In this document: positions 18,574 to 27,734 of the stretch, one piece after another
How the letters are laid out: each line of letters begins with the position of its first letter
Position numbering within the stretch: the first letter of the stretch is position 1
DNA from: Candidatus Veblenbacteria bacterium
GTDB taxonomy: Bacteria > Patescibacteriota > Patescibacteriia > Veblenbacterales > UBA10138
Length of the DNA: 44,774 bases
Direction of reading: 5' to 3'
Assembly: GCA_030700105.1 (NCBI GenBank)
Contig: JAUYKG010000004.1
Location: forward strand, 1 to 44,774
The notes under the pieces: generated by a model
Databases searched by the model: none
The model's input: the letters and a program-made list of their open reading frames with translations, nothing else
What the model was told of the DNA's origin: nothing
Position numbers and translations under genes: made by a program

Positions 18574-19110
18574 CTACGGCGTAACCTGGGCTTTAATTTC
18601 GAAGACGAGCTTCTTGTCGTCCGTTGTTTCCACGAACACGTTGCGGGCGATAGACCCGACTCCCGCTGGGCCATGAGCCGCCGGGTCAAACGTTACTTCG
18701 ACTTGCGCTTCTTGGCCGGCAGCTAGCTCCTCGCTGATGGTTGGAATGGGACCCCCGTGGCCCTCCATACTGAACGGGCCAACACGCCTATCCCCCAAGA
18801 CCAACGTAGCGCTCGTGCACATACACGAGGTGTAGAACTTACGCACGGTGATAGAGGCTGGCGTAGAGTTATTGATCTTGAAGAATTTAGTTACTTTACC
18901 ATTCGCCATAGAGATGGTGCCAAAATCATACGACATCTCCGGCGCTACTAAGGCGCTGTCCGAAACTGTGGACTTCTGGCTTTGGGCAGAGGGTGGCGAA
19001 AAGGCTATAACCGCGCCCACTGCCAGGAGCATAACAGCGACTACGCCAACAACCATCCACGTTGTGCTCCTGTAATTACTCGCTGAGCGATGATGTGATC
19101 GATGCGTCAT
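18574..19110 (-). CDS. DUF1573-like Ig-fold exported protein
   Basis: YDFGTI...F.I.N...TSCMCT...V.FDPAAHGP.G.G...R. Confidence 0.75.
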   Translation of the reverse strand: MTHRSHHRSASNYRSTTWMVVGVVAVMLLAVGAVIAFSPPSAQSQKSTVSDSALVAPEMSYDFGTISMANGKVTKFFKINNSTPASITVRKFYTSCMCTSATLVLGDRRVGPFSMEGHGGPIPTISEELAAGQEAQVEVTFDPAAHGPAGVGSIARNVFVETTDDKKLVFEIKAQVTP

Positions 19111-19130
19111 AGGTTATTCTAATAAATACT

Positions 19131-19156
19131 AAAAAGCACCACCGTATCGTGGCGCT
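19131..19156 (-). terminator. internal hairpin + U-tract (possible attenuator)
   Basis: Minus strand AGCGCCAC-GATACG-GTGGTGCT-TTTT between ORFs 19191 and 18574. Confidence 0.5.
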
Positions 19157-19190
19157 GCGGGAACCTATGCCTCAAGCTAGGTACAGTAAC

Positions 19191-19661
19191 CTAGGTAATC
19201 GATACAGGTAAAACCCTCAGCACCACTAGGCCAATTGGTGCTGGGTCGCGCTTCTCATGAAGTATGAGCCACTGCCCTATCTTCTCGGGTAAAACATAAA
19301 GATGAGCCATGAACTTCTGCAATCGCAAACGGAGCCGGGACAGCGCATCAGGCTCGCTTCCTCTCCACTTAAACCTAAACCATAGTACGACCGCTACAAC
19401 GAGAAAGAGGAGTAACTGGCTAACGTACGTTGGAACGGCTTGTGAAATCGCCTGGAGTACTCCCATATGAACACGCAAGCACTCTGTAATATCAGCCAGA
19501 GCCAAGCAGGGCGGCGCGGCGGCGCTTAAGCCAACACAACCATGTCGTTCCGTAGTATTGTGGCCCATGTACCAGATACTTACTAAGCCAACGCCCAATA
19601 GCCCAACTAGGAGGACGATACCGATAATCGGCTTAAGCTTTGAAAAAACTCGTACGCTCAT
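19191..19661 (-). CDS. 2-TM Cys/His protein, candidate leader protein
   Basis: N-terminal TM, HGC...C...C..HM, second TM, WLILHEKRDPAP. Confidence 0.7.
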   Translation of the reverse strand: MSVRVFSKLKPIIGIVLLVGLLGVGLVSIWYMGHNTTERHGCVGLSAAAPPCLALADITECLRVHMGVLQAISQAVPTYVSQLLLFLVVAVVLWFRFKWRGSEPDALSRLRLRLQKFMAHLYVLPEKIGQWLILHEKRDPAPIGLVVLRVLPVSIT

Positions 19662-19673
19662 ATAAATACCATA

Positions 19674-20153
19674 TCACACGGTAAGTAGCTGGCCATGATC
19701 TACATTCGGTACGTGTTTTCTGAAACTAGCAAGCTGACTCACGAGATAAATGATGCCAACAAGATTAAACAGTATGCCTACCCAAGACAGCTGACGCTGG
19801 TACTGGCCAATAAAACTAACGACACCAACAATCCCCAGCAGCGACGCCACATTCGCCAAGTAATGGGCGCAGCAAGCGATCATAGCGGCAGTGGAAGTAG
19901 TGCCTGAGGTTACTACCACCCTACCATTGGTGTGCTGGGCGGCTATTCGCTGTTTAAGATAAGCATAAAGACCAACTTGAATGCCAAAACCTGCCGCCAG
20001 ACTGACTACAAAGTACCAAGTGGAGATAAATTGACGCTCGACAAACGTCCACCCCGATACGGCAACCACCACCACTGCATAGATAGTAAGCAGGGCAGTT
20101 GCGGCCAACAGGCCTAACACAGTAGCAATTAAGATTTGTTTTTTGTAAGACAT
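19674..20153 (-). CDS. hypothetical 4-TM protein with ACCAH motif
   Basis: GFGIQVGLY, MIACCAHYL. Confidence 0.75.
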   Translation of the reverse strand: MSYKKQILIATVLGLLAATALLTIYAVVVVAVSGWTFVERQFISTWYFVVSLAAGFGIQVGLYAYLKQRIAAQHTNGRVVVTSGTTSTAAMIACCAHYLANVASLLGIVGVVSFIGQYQRQLSWVGILFNLVGIIYLVSQLASFRKHVPNVDHGQLLTV

Positions 20154-20182
20154 GGCATTACCGTGCGAACGATAGGGTATTA

Positions 20183-20530
20183 CTAGCAGCAGCCGTGCTT
20201 ATGACCACCTTTCGTAGCGTCAGAATTTACCACAGGCTGCTGATTACTGGGATAAGCTTGACTGGCGGTAGAGGGAAACACTGGCTGATTGCCAGCCACA
20301 CCTGCGCCGGCGTTACCCTGATGCCCATAGCTACCGTGACCGCGCATAGCAAAAGCATGCATGCCTAACATGACCACCCCAGCGCCAAGTAGCCACCAAA
20401 CCGAATTATGACCCTCTCCTCCCCCACTGAACACCAAAAAAATAATGGGAACAAAACATGCCAGCATCATCATCCACATTATCTTGGAATCGTGACCGCC
20501 GGAACTAATGTTGTTGCCGTGATTGTGCAT
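20183..20530 (-). CDS. small His-rich membrane protein ending HKHGCC
   Basis: MWMMMLAC, 2 TM, His-rich termini. Confidence 0.7.
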   Translation of the reverse strand: MHNHGNNISSGGHDSKIMWMMMLACFVPIIFLVFSGGGEGHNSVWWLLGAGVVMLGMHAFAMRGHGSYGHQGNAGAGVAGNQPVFPSTASQAYPSNQQPVVNSDATKGGHKHGCC

Positions 20531-20553
20531 ATGAAAAATTTGAAGATGCCTGG

Positions 20554-20823
20554 CTACTGCTTTTCAGGCTTAATCAAGCTTGAGTTATGCATCCAAACCA
20601 TGTACGAACCGAACAACCACGCAAACACGAATACGTAGGAAGCGCCCAGGAACACGCTGCTGAGATTGATCCAGGTAAAACCTGGCAGCGTTTCCAAGAG
20701 GGCATGGTGGAGCTCAGTACCACGCGCACTCCGCCACGGCAGAAAACCGCCCAAAAGGCAGAGGACGTACAATACCTCACCACCAAGCACACACAACCAA
20801 CGGTATCGTTTAAGCAACAACAT
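20554..20823 (-). CDS. small membrane protein (DUF5676-like)
   Basis: LY.LC...HH...LPGF.W....F.G; first gene after promoter-operator 2. Confidence 0.7.
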   Translation of the reverse strand: MLLLKRYRWLCVLGGEVLYVLCLLGGFLPWRSARGTELHHALLETLPGFTWINLSSVFLGASYVFVFAWLFGSYMVWMHNSSLIKPEKQ

Positions 20824-20866
20824 AGTCAATCAAAATTAAGGGTTAACTTAGCAAATCTTTCTCTTA

Positions 20867-20910
20867 ACATATTCAATTATTAGAATATATTAATTCAAGC
20901 AGGCTGTCAA
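20867..20910 (-). promoter_or_regulatory. promoter-operator 2 of the metal locus
   Basis: TTGACA-17-TATTCT overlapping ACATATTCAATTATTAGAATATATT (22/25 identical to 15001-15025). Confidence 0.75.
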
Positions 20911-20933
20911 GGGGCTATGAACGATTCCCCACC

Positions 20934-22445
20934 CTAACCCAAGCTGTGCCGCAGAACACCTCCTTGGGCAATCAAGCGGCTCAGCTGGTGCGGATGCTTG
21001 AGGCTCGCAGCTACGCGCCGGGCAAGGATTGCGTGCTCCTGTTCTACTACCGTACGCGGCCCTAAAGTAATGTTTAGGAGACGTGCAGCATACTCAATCT
21101 CCCGTACTAAACGCTTAAGCGGTGCACAGCGCCGCGCCAGCATACTCACTGACTCGCGGCAGTAAAACCGGGCGGCGCAAGAAATATCGCGATGCAAATT
21201 GCCGTAGTAACGCTCCAGTGTTACGAGTTCAGCTGGGCTAAAAGATTGTAGTGCGCGCCCCAAACCAATGAACTCGGGAGGTAAACCCAAACTGTAACAA
21301 GCCGCAGCAAAGGTGATAGCGCGCGGCAAAGCCTTCTTACCTAACTGGCGGCTGTATGATAGTAAACCAACGTGTAGTCTGCGCTCACGCCGACTTGGCA
21401 CAGCAGCAAAAGCTGGCGCCAATAGGGGTAGTAAGGGCGCCAAAGAACTCACGTAAGCGCGGCTAGCCTTGTCCACAATTCTATCCAGGTGCGGCCGGTC
21501 TGCCGAGGCTATCGGCATGGCTTTGGTTTTTGGCAAAAGACGGACCAATTCTTGCAACGCGGCCCGCACGCGGGGCAGAGGAAAATCATACCTAAAAGCT
21601 GATTGAATTGTGACAGTATGAACACCGGCGTACTGAGTAGCAAATTGTGGCACGGTAAAAGGGGTAAGCCCACCACGGAACGGTAAGCTACCAACTCCGA
21701 TCATGGGATACACCGGGATGTGGTGTTCACGGGAAAATTTTGCTAGGTCAGCCAGCGCGACTCGCGTGGCCAACACCGAAGCCACGAGCCCTGAAACTAA
21801 AGCTGGGTCGCTCCGCGCCAAAAAGACTCGCAGGTATGGCGGAGGCTGTTTGAATAAACGAACGTGCCTGCGTATGTATTCACGGAGCAGTTCAGGAATG
21901 CGTAGTTGGTCTAATACGCCCTCCACCAGCGGAATTACCCCCAGATAAGGTATATTATGATGTTCGCGGTGCGTAAAGGTGCGACGTTTAAAGCTAACCA
22001 GGTCGCGGTAGGCATGTTGAATGTAAACCAACTGGTCAGCAGTGCGTGTCATGGGCAAGATCACCTCTATAACCGGCCGGGCGGCCAACCGCAAGTCCCG
22101 CGCCAAATCCTCCGCGGTAACAATAGCCATCATGGCGCGCAAAAGACTGTACCCCTTCTCCTCCCACACGTTCGGTATGCGAAAGGTCAAGAAAATATCG
22201 CGCCCCAACCGCCGACGACGAAACAGGTTATAAGTCCGCGTAAGCAGCTTATCTACCACCGCCTCGTCCGCATCCTTACCTTCCCAATCCCACATGAACT
22301 CATCCACCCCGAGGTCACGGAAAGCCGACACGCACTCGGTTACCTCCTCCTGTACGCTCACAAAACCATCGCCATCGCGCTCCCAATAAGGCGCACCGGC
22401 GTTATCCGGGTGCTGCGTAGCGGTAGTAACAGGGATGCGACGCAT
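20934..22445 (-). CDS. ppcA: archaeal-type phosphoenolpyruvate carboxylase
   Basis: ATQHPDNA, MWDWEGK, FLTFRIPN, FLARSDPAL, GSLPFRGG, TIQSAFRYD, LPRAITF, RHSLG. Confidence 0.92.
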   Translation of the reverse strand: MRRIPVTTATQHPDNAGAPYWERDGDGFVSVQEEVTECVSAFRDLGVDEFMWDWEGKDADEAVVDKLLTRTYNLFRRRRLGRDIFLTFRIPNVWEEKGYSLLRAMMAIVTAEDLARDLRLAARPVIEVILPMTRTADQLVYIQHAYRDLVSFKRRTFTHREHHNIPYLGVIPLVEGVLDQLRIPELLREYIRRHVRLFKQPPPYLRVFLARSDPALVSGLVASVLATRVALADLAKFSREHHIPVYPMIGVGSLPFRGGLTPFTVPQFATQYAGVHTVTIQSAFRYDFPLPRVRAALQELVRLLPKTKAMPIASADRPHLDRIVDKASRAYVSSLAPLLPLLAPAFAAVPSRRERRLHVGLLSYSRQLGKKALPRAITFAAACYSLGLPPEFIGLGRALQSFSPAELVTLERYYGNLHRDISCAARFYCRESVSMLARRCAPLKRLVREIEYAARLLNITLGPRTVVEQEHAILARRVAASLKHPHQLSRLIAQGGVLRHSLG

Positions 22446-22452
22446 GAATGTG

Positions 22453-23604
22453 TTAGACACGGTAGCTACGGATAAAACGTACCAAGCGCTTTGTGCCAAG
22501 CGAAAGCTGAATACGCGAAGCTGCTAAGGAGAGCCGCACACACCCAGGACTCCGGAAAGCCGAACCCGGCACCAGCATAACTCGCTCCGCCTGGATGAGG
22601 CGCCGGCAGAACCGCTCATCATCCTTATCGCACTTGGCAATGTTGAGAAAAAGGTAAAACGCACCCCGCGGCTGCACCCACGATACTTCCGGCAAGCCGG
22701 CCAAACCCTTAAGCACTAAGTTCAGACGGGCGGCCAATTCGGTACAAAAAGCCTGAGTGGGCTCGCCGCGTGCGAGGGCTGCCAAAGCCGCGTATTGCGC
22801 CGGCAAAGAAGTATTACCGCTCGTGTGGCCCTGGAGCTTGTCCAAGGCGGCAATGAGCTCAGGCTGGGCCAATACGTAACCTATGCGCCAGCCAGTGAGC
22901 GCTTGGCTTTTAGAAAACCCATTCACCACCACGGTTGAAGTCCCAAACAGTTTAACCGACGAGGGTAGCCTAACCCACCCGAACGTTAGTGAACGATACA
23001 CGTCGTCGGCTATCACCCGCACGTTTGTGCGCTTTAATCGCCGCGCCAACTGCCGCAACCTCGTAGTACTGAACACAGCACCTGTGGGATTGTGCGGAGA
23101 GTTTATAATAATGGCGCGCGTACGCGGGTGTATGGCACGGCCGATGGCTTCTACGTCCAGGTCATACCGGCTGTTGAGCGGAACGAATACCGGCTTGGCG
23201 CCAGCTAGGCGCACCATGTGCTCATACGAAACCCAGGCTGGCACGGGTATAATAACCTCGTCGCCTCGGCGAACCACAATGCGCAACATCTCGACCAAAC
23301 CAGATTTGCTACCGGCGGTTACGCCCACCTGCCCTGAGGTAAAAACCCTGCCGTACGTATGGCTGGCCGCCCGCGCAATCCTTTGCCTAAGCTTAAGTAA
23401 TCCGAGCGTGGGGGTGTATTGGTTCTCGCTCAAGTGCTTGGCTACCGCTGTGCGTATGTAGCTGGGCGTGGAAAAATCAAGCTCCCCCGCCGTTAAATTG
23501 ATCACATTAATGCCAGCGGCCTGCAGCCGCTTGGCCTCGGTGTTTACTCGTAGGGTAGCGCTCTCTTCTAACCTGGCGATTTCGGGGTTAATTACTACGC
23601 GCAT
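22453..23604 (-). CDS. class I PLP-dependent aminotransferase (aspartate aminotransferase-like)
   Basis: AGELDF, NSPHNPTG, DDVY, NGFSKSQALTGWRIGY, GAFY. Confidence 0.9.
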   Translation of the reverse strand: MRVVINPEIARLEESATLRVNTEAKRLQAAGINVINLTAGELDFSTPSYIRTAVAKHLSENQYTPTLGLLKLRQRIARAASHTYGRVFTSGQVGVTAGSKSGLVEMLRIVVRRGDEVIIPVPAWVSYEHMVRLAGAKPVFVPLNSRYDLDVEAIGRAIHPRTRAIIINSPHNPTGAVFSTTRLRQLARRLKRTNVRVIADDVYRSLTFGWVRLPSSVKLFGTSTVVVNGFSKSQALTGWRIGYVLAQPELIAALDKLQGHTSGNTSLPAQYAALAALARGEPTQAFCTELAARLNLVLKGLAGLPEVSWVQPRGAFYLFLNIAKCDKDDERFCRRLIQAERVMLVPGSAFRSPGCVRLSLAASRIQLSLGTKRLVRFIRSYRV

Positions 23605-23738
23605 ACTACATATTGTAAAACAGTTCGGCCGTAAGAGCTAAAACTACTACAGTCACCGGACAATCCCGTTGGTGGCATCAACCTCTACCGGGTATTTTAT
23701 TGGCAGGGGCTTAGTGGAGCCTGCCTCCCGCTCCCCTA

Positions 23739-24686
23739 TTAAATATTGCTATCCAAGGCAGGGGACCGACGCAGGGCATCGAGGAGAGTGGCCTTGGCGA
23801 TGCGTGCCCCGGCGAGTACCTTATCAGCCCCACCGTAATAGATGAAGTAGTCTGCACCAAGCTCAACCAAACCACACGTAAATACGACGTTTGGTACCAC
23901 CCCCACGCGCTCGTAGACTTCACGCGGCTCAAGCAGTGGCTCAGCTAGCCGTGCTACCACACGACGAGGATCATGGGCATCCACCACCAGGGCGCCCAAC
24001 CGGTACACACCCTGACTGTCACGCGCATGATACATGACCAGCCAACCTAGCTCTGTAAGTACCGGCGGGGCACCAATGCCAACGCGATCGTTCTGCCAGC
24101 CTGAATGAGCTGGCTCAAGTATTCGTCCCTCTTCTTGCCAATGCTGCAAATCGGTCGACGACGCCAACACCACAGCTAAATCGCGGCGGTGAAAAATATA
24201 GTACCTACCGTTTATCTGCTCAGGGAACAGCGCAGCATTTTTGTCGTCTATTTCGTCAGAAAAAACCAAACCATGACGTACGAACGTTTTAAAATCAACT
24301 GTGGTTAAGCGAGCCACCCTCGTGCGCCACGGGGCGGTGTACGAAATTTTCTTCGAATGGGAGTAGAGGGAGGCAGCTGTGTAGATAACGTGGTAGGTAC
24401 CGTCTAACAATGTAATACGGGGGTCCTCACATCCACACCACTCATACGGGTCATTGTAATCCGGCTCAACGGTTGGTACTAATGTCCGTTCATCAATGGT
24501 CACGCCGTCGCGGCTAACTGCCAGCCCGAACCGCGACGCGCCATCCTTGCCCACCGCTCGATACAGCAGATGCACCTTACCTTGATGCTGAGTTACTCCG
24601 GCATTAAAAACAGCTCGACACTCCCACCAATTTGTGGTGGGCATGAGGAGTGGATTGGTCGGAAAACGTTCTAATTGCACTACCAT
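23739..24686 (-). CDS. GH130-like glycosidase/phosphorylase
   Basis: VFNAG, LLYRA, GCEDPRI, KNAALFPE, VPNVVFTCG, YYGGAD. Confidence 0.88.
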   Translation of the reverse strand: MVVQLERFPTNPLLMPTTNWWECRAVFNAGVTQHQGKVHLLYRAVGKDGASRFGLAVSRDGVTIDERTLVPTVEPDYNDPYEWCGCEDPRITLLDGTYHVIYTAASLYSHSKKISYTAPWRTRVARLTTVDFKTFVRHGLVFSDEIDDKNAALFPEQINGRYYIFHRRDLAVVLASSTDLQHWQEEGRILEPAHSGWQNDRVGIGAPPVLTELGWLVMYHARDSQGVYRLGALVVDAHDPRRVVARLAEPLLEPREVYERVGVVPNVVFTCGLVELGADYFIYYGGADKVLAGARIAKATLLDALRRSPALDSNI

Positions 24687-26917
24687 AATTTACTACTTAT
24701 ATAGGTGAGTGCGGGGACACTTGCACTCTGCAACGAATAGAAAGCTAAATGGTGGCTCAAAACCGATTCAGCCCCTTGATTCTTGTTTCGACCCGAGGGC
24801 GTTAATCCGTCAAAAATACCACCTGATCGACTATCAATGAGCCTTTGGTGTAATATATTGTCTCCATCGTACCAGGCGAAGGCTTTTTCAGCTAGGCTAC
24901 GGTACTTTTCATCTTTCGTAACACGGTGCGCAGCTACGCAGGCTTCCACCACCGCATCAGCTTCCACTGGTTGCTGATCAAATATGGCCTTAAGTTTGCC
25001 ACGGAAATACCAACCATTACAGCCAATGAACGAGAAGCACCCTCGCTCTTGGTCGAAGAGCTCGTGCATTAGCCAATCTAAAGATTGCTGGCCTACGGCA
25101 CGCATATCACTATTATTACAAACGCGCGCGGCCGTTAAGAGAGCCTGCGGCAAGCGTGCACTGTCATAGGTAAGATAATTTTCAAACCACTGCCAATTAT
25201 TGTTAGCTACCGAGGTAAACATGGTAGTAAGCTTTTTAGCCATATCATCAACGATTGCCTTAAGGTTATGCCCTAAACCCGGCACCGCCACCTGATTTGC
25301 TTCCAACACACAGAGTCCAAGCAATGCATAACTCACTGTCCGGGGTGAACTCAGATTAAGCAAGTGTTGGTACATCTTGGTGAGTAGCTGAATGCCCCTC
25401 TTATATAGGAGCGGGCTAGGTCGGACAGCAACCAGGCAGCTTACTGCCCAAAAAGCTTTCCCCCACCAATCACCGGTACCCGGCTCCCCCTGCCAATCGC
25501 CGATGGCTGACCGATCATTGTACAAAAGTCCATTCTGCTCGGCTTGCAGAATGAATGTAAGGTAGCAGCGAACTAGAAAACGGTCCCCGCGACAGAGCGC
25601 TACAATGAGCGCTTTCGCGTTATCATCAACGGTATAGCCTTCGCTTTCCTGAGGAATTCTAAACGCACCGTGCTCAAGTATACCCCACCGGGTGGTTAAC
25701 GTTCGAACGTAATCGAGCGTAGGTGGAACAACGAATGAAATCGGAGAAGATGGAGGCTGCGCTAACACAGAGGTAAAGATCTCAAGGTAGTTAAGCGCCA
25801 CACGGTGCCAAGTCATAAGACGGCCCTGCGCGTACGCTCGTTGCTCAAGCAAATGCCTCTTCTCAGCCTGTCGCAAAAGTACGAGGAGTGCCTGGCTTAA
25901 GGCCGAGCTATTCCGGAAGGGCACCAAAATACCCCTGCCGCCTCGCAGCATTTCGCGCGCATAAAAATACGAAGTCGATATACAAACCTTACCAGCACCC
26001 ACTGCGTAGGCCAGTGAACCAGAGGCTGCCTGTTCAGGGTTTAAGTAGGGCGTAACGTAGTAATCACTGGCCTGAACATAGCGCACCAGCTCAGCTAGCG
26101 AGAGGTACCTATCAATAAACTGAACCGATGATTGCAGCCCGAGTTCTTGTACTAACCGTTCTAGTTTCGCACGGTAACGTTCCCCCTCCTCACGGCGTAC
26201 GTTGGGGTGGGTTTCACCAATTACCAAGTACAGAAAGTTCGGGAATTTTTCCACCACGGGAGGTAAAGCCGCAATGGCATATTCTATACCCTTAGATTCA
26301 CTTAACAGATTAATACTCGACATTACTATGTGCCCCTCAAGCTTAAGCTCTGGTTTTGCCACATCGGGAGATTGGCGCGGGAAATCTGGCACACCGTGGT
26401 GTATGACCGCCACCTTACTCGGGTCCACACCATACTCACGCCGCAAAAGATCCGCCGCCGCCCGCAGCATAACCACAACCGCACCGGCGCGCTGGCACAG
26501 GTAGTTCATAATTTCTCGCTGGTGCGTTGCAGGGTTAGATAGCACCGTGTGAAACACAACCACACACGGTTTTTTTAACTTTTCCAAAAATTTTACGACC
26601 AATTCACCGTCTTTCCCGCCCCATATGCCGAACTCGTGCTGCACGACGACCAAATCAACGTTGCTCCTGTTGAGGTAACGCAAAACACGGTCATAATCTG
26701 GCCACTCCTGCTGGCGAATACGGTACTTGACTTCCCATGGATACCCCAATTGCTCACCCTCGGAGTTATCCAGCGCAATTACCTCTGCCAGGTGTTCTGG
26801 ATTAAGCAGGTTAAGGGCGTTGGTTAGGTCCTTAGTGAAAGTTGCAATTCCACATTTGCGTGGGATGTATGTAGAAATGTAAACAACACGGGGACTTGTA
26901 AGTTTTACCCGAGCCAT
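24680..26917 (-). CDS. GT4 glycosyltransferase with C-terminal six-hairpin glycosidase-like domain
   Basis: PRKCGIATFT, QHEFGIWGG, GETHP, SGSLAYA; DDNAKAL, FDQQPVE, NQGAES. Confidence 0.88.
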   Translation of the reverse strand: MARVKLTSPRVVYISTYIPRKCGIATFTKDLTNALNLLNPEHLAEVIALDNSEGEQLGYPWEVKYRIRQQEWPDYDRVLRYLNRSNVDLVVVQHEFGIWGGKDGELVVKFLEKLKKPCVVVFHTVLSNPATHQREIMNYLCQRAGAVVVMLRAAADLLRREYGVDPSKVAVIHHGVPDFPRQSPDVAKPELKLEGHIVMSSINLLSESKGIEYAIAALPPVVEKFPNFLYLVIGETHPNVRREEGERYRAKLERLVQELGLQSSVQFIDRYLSLAELVRYVQASDYYVTPYLNPEQAASGSLAYAVGAGKVCISTSYFYAREMLRGGRGILVPFRNSSALSQALLVLLRQAEKRHLLEQRAYAQGRLMTWHRVALNYLEIFTSVLAQPPSSPISFVVPPTLDYVRTLTTRWGILEHGAFRIPQESEGYTVDDNAKALIVALCRGDRFLVRCYLTFILQAEQNGLLYNDRSAIGDWQGEPGTGDWWGKAFWAVSCLVAVRPSPLLYKRGIQLLTKMYQHLLNLSSPRTVSYALLGLCVLEANQVAVPGLGHNLKAIVDDMAKKLTTMFTSVANNNWQWFENYLTYDSARLPQALLTAARVCNNSDMRAVGQQSLDWLMHELFDQERGCFSFIGCNGWYFRGKLKAIFDQQPVEADAVVEACVAAHRVTKDEKYRSLAEKAFAWYDGDNILHQRLIDSRSGGIFDGLTPSGRNKNQGAESVLSHHLAFYSLQSASVPALTYISSKLW

Positions 26918-27001
26918 GGAGAAAATGGTTTACTGCAAACGGTTACTAATGCCATTGGATAAGTATAACAAAAATCTCTCAATAAATCACTGAGGGATTG
27001 T

Positions 27002-27040
27002 TGGCGGGCCTTGTGGAACGATGTTCGAACAATTGTTGAA
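27002..27040. repeat. att-like repeat D
   Basis: TGGCGGGCCTTGTGGAACGATGTTCGAACAATTGTTGAA; first 7 nt are the reverse complement of the tRNA-Trp 3' end; hairpin at 26973-26999 beside it. Confidence 0.85.
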
Positions 27041-27049
27041 TTCTATAAC

Positions 27050-27622
27050 TTACGAAACTTTGATACCAAATTCTCTTAACCTACGTGTAAGTGTATCAAG
27101 TGGCAACGCTCTCTCAGCGCCAGACTCTCCCTCAAATCTCTCAAGAAATTCTTGGCCTAATCCTTCTGGTCCCCACCCAATAGACATAGCGGTGGGATCA
27201 ACTTGACTTAGGTATCTCTCCACTAAGTCTTCACTATACTTTTTAAAAATAAAACGTGAGTGATTAAGGTCAACTGTCTGCCTACCTAATGTATGGTGTG
27301 TAACTACTAGAGCTGTGTAAAAATCTATAGGTTTACCAGCCATAGCAAGAAGCCATTCTCTGGCTTGCTCACGTGAAGCCGGCTTGCCATACTTTTTACC
27401 TTCAAAAAAACTATTTGAATCAGCCGTTATCACTACGGCATCTGGGTACTGCGGCGCCAACACGGCTGCCTTACCCTTAGCTGTTGCAACAACGAGATCT
27501 TTGACATCTTCCGCTTTCGTCTCTTCCTCATTAAAATTTGAATGTACTACCCGAAAAGGTATTCCTAAAGATTCCATAACTCTAAAACGCAGCTTTGAAG
27601 AAGTGCCGAGAATTATATCCAT
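27050..27622 (-). CDS. maf: Maf family nucleotide pyrophosphatase (divergent)
   Basis: IILGTSS..R, KGKA, VITADS, GKP; AT-rich. Confidence 0.8.
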   Translation of the reverse strand: MDIILGTSSKLRFRVMESLGIPFRVVHSNFNEEETKAEDVKDLVVATAKGKAAVLAPQYPDAVVITADSNSFFEGKKYGKPASREQAREWLLAMAGKPIDFYTALVVTHHTLGRQTVDLNHSRFIFKKYSEDLVERYLSQVDPTAMSIGWGPEGLGQEFLERFEGESGAERALPLDTLTRRLREFGIKVS

Positions 27623-27665
27623 GATTTTAGTATACCAAAAACTGTCCGAAAATGGACAGTTTCAG

Positions 27666-27704
27666 ATTCGGGTCTTATGGAACGATGTTCAAACAATATT
27701 AGAA
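27666..27704. repeat. att-like repeat C (degenerate)
   Basis: CGGGTCTTATGGAACGATGTTCAAACAAT, 26/29 identical to repeat D; hairpin at 27639-27662. Confidence 0.8.
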
Positions 27705-27734
27705 CACAATTTGGTTGAAGGTGGTGGAGGATGA

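Noticed and set aside
15405-18689. Long N-terminal extensions in the ORF track (starts 16331, 17832, 18689) implying large gene overlaps
   Set aside because: Downstream ATGs (16220, 17775, 18569) give non-overlapping, tightly packed genes
27026-27039. CGAACAATTGTTGA as a LexA (Cheo) box
   Set aside because: Mismatch in the right half, and it lies downstream of genes inside a larger repeat rather than at a promoter
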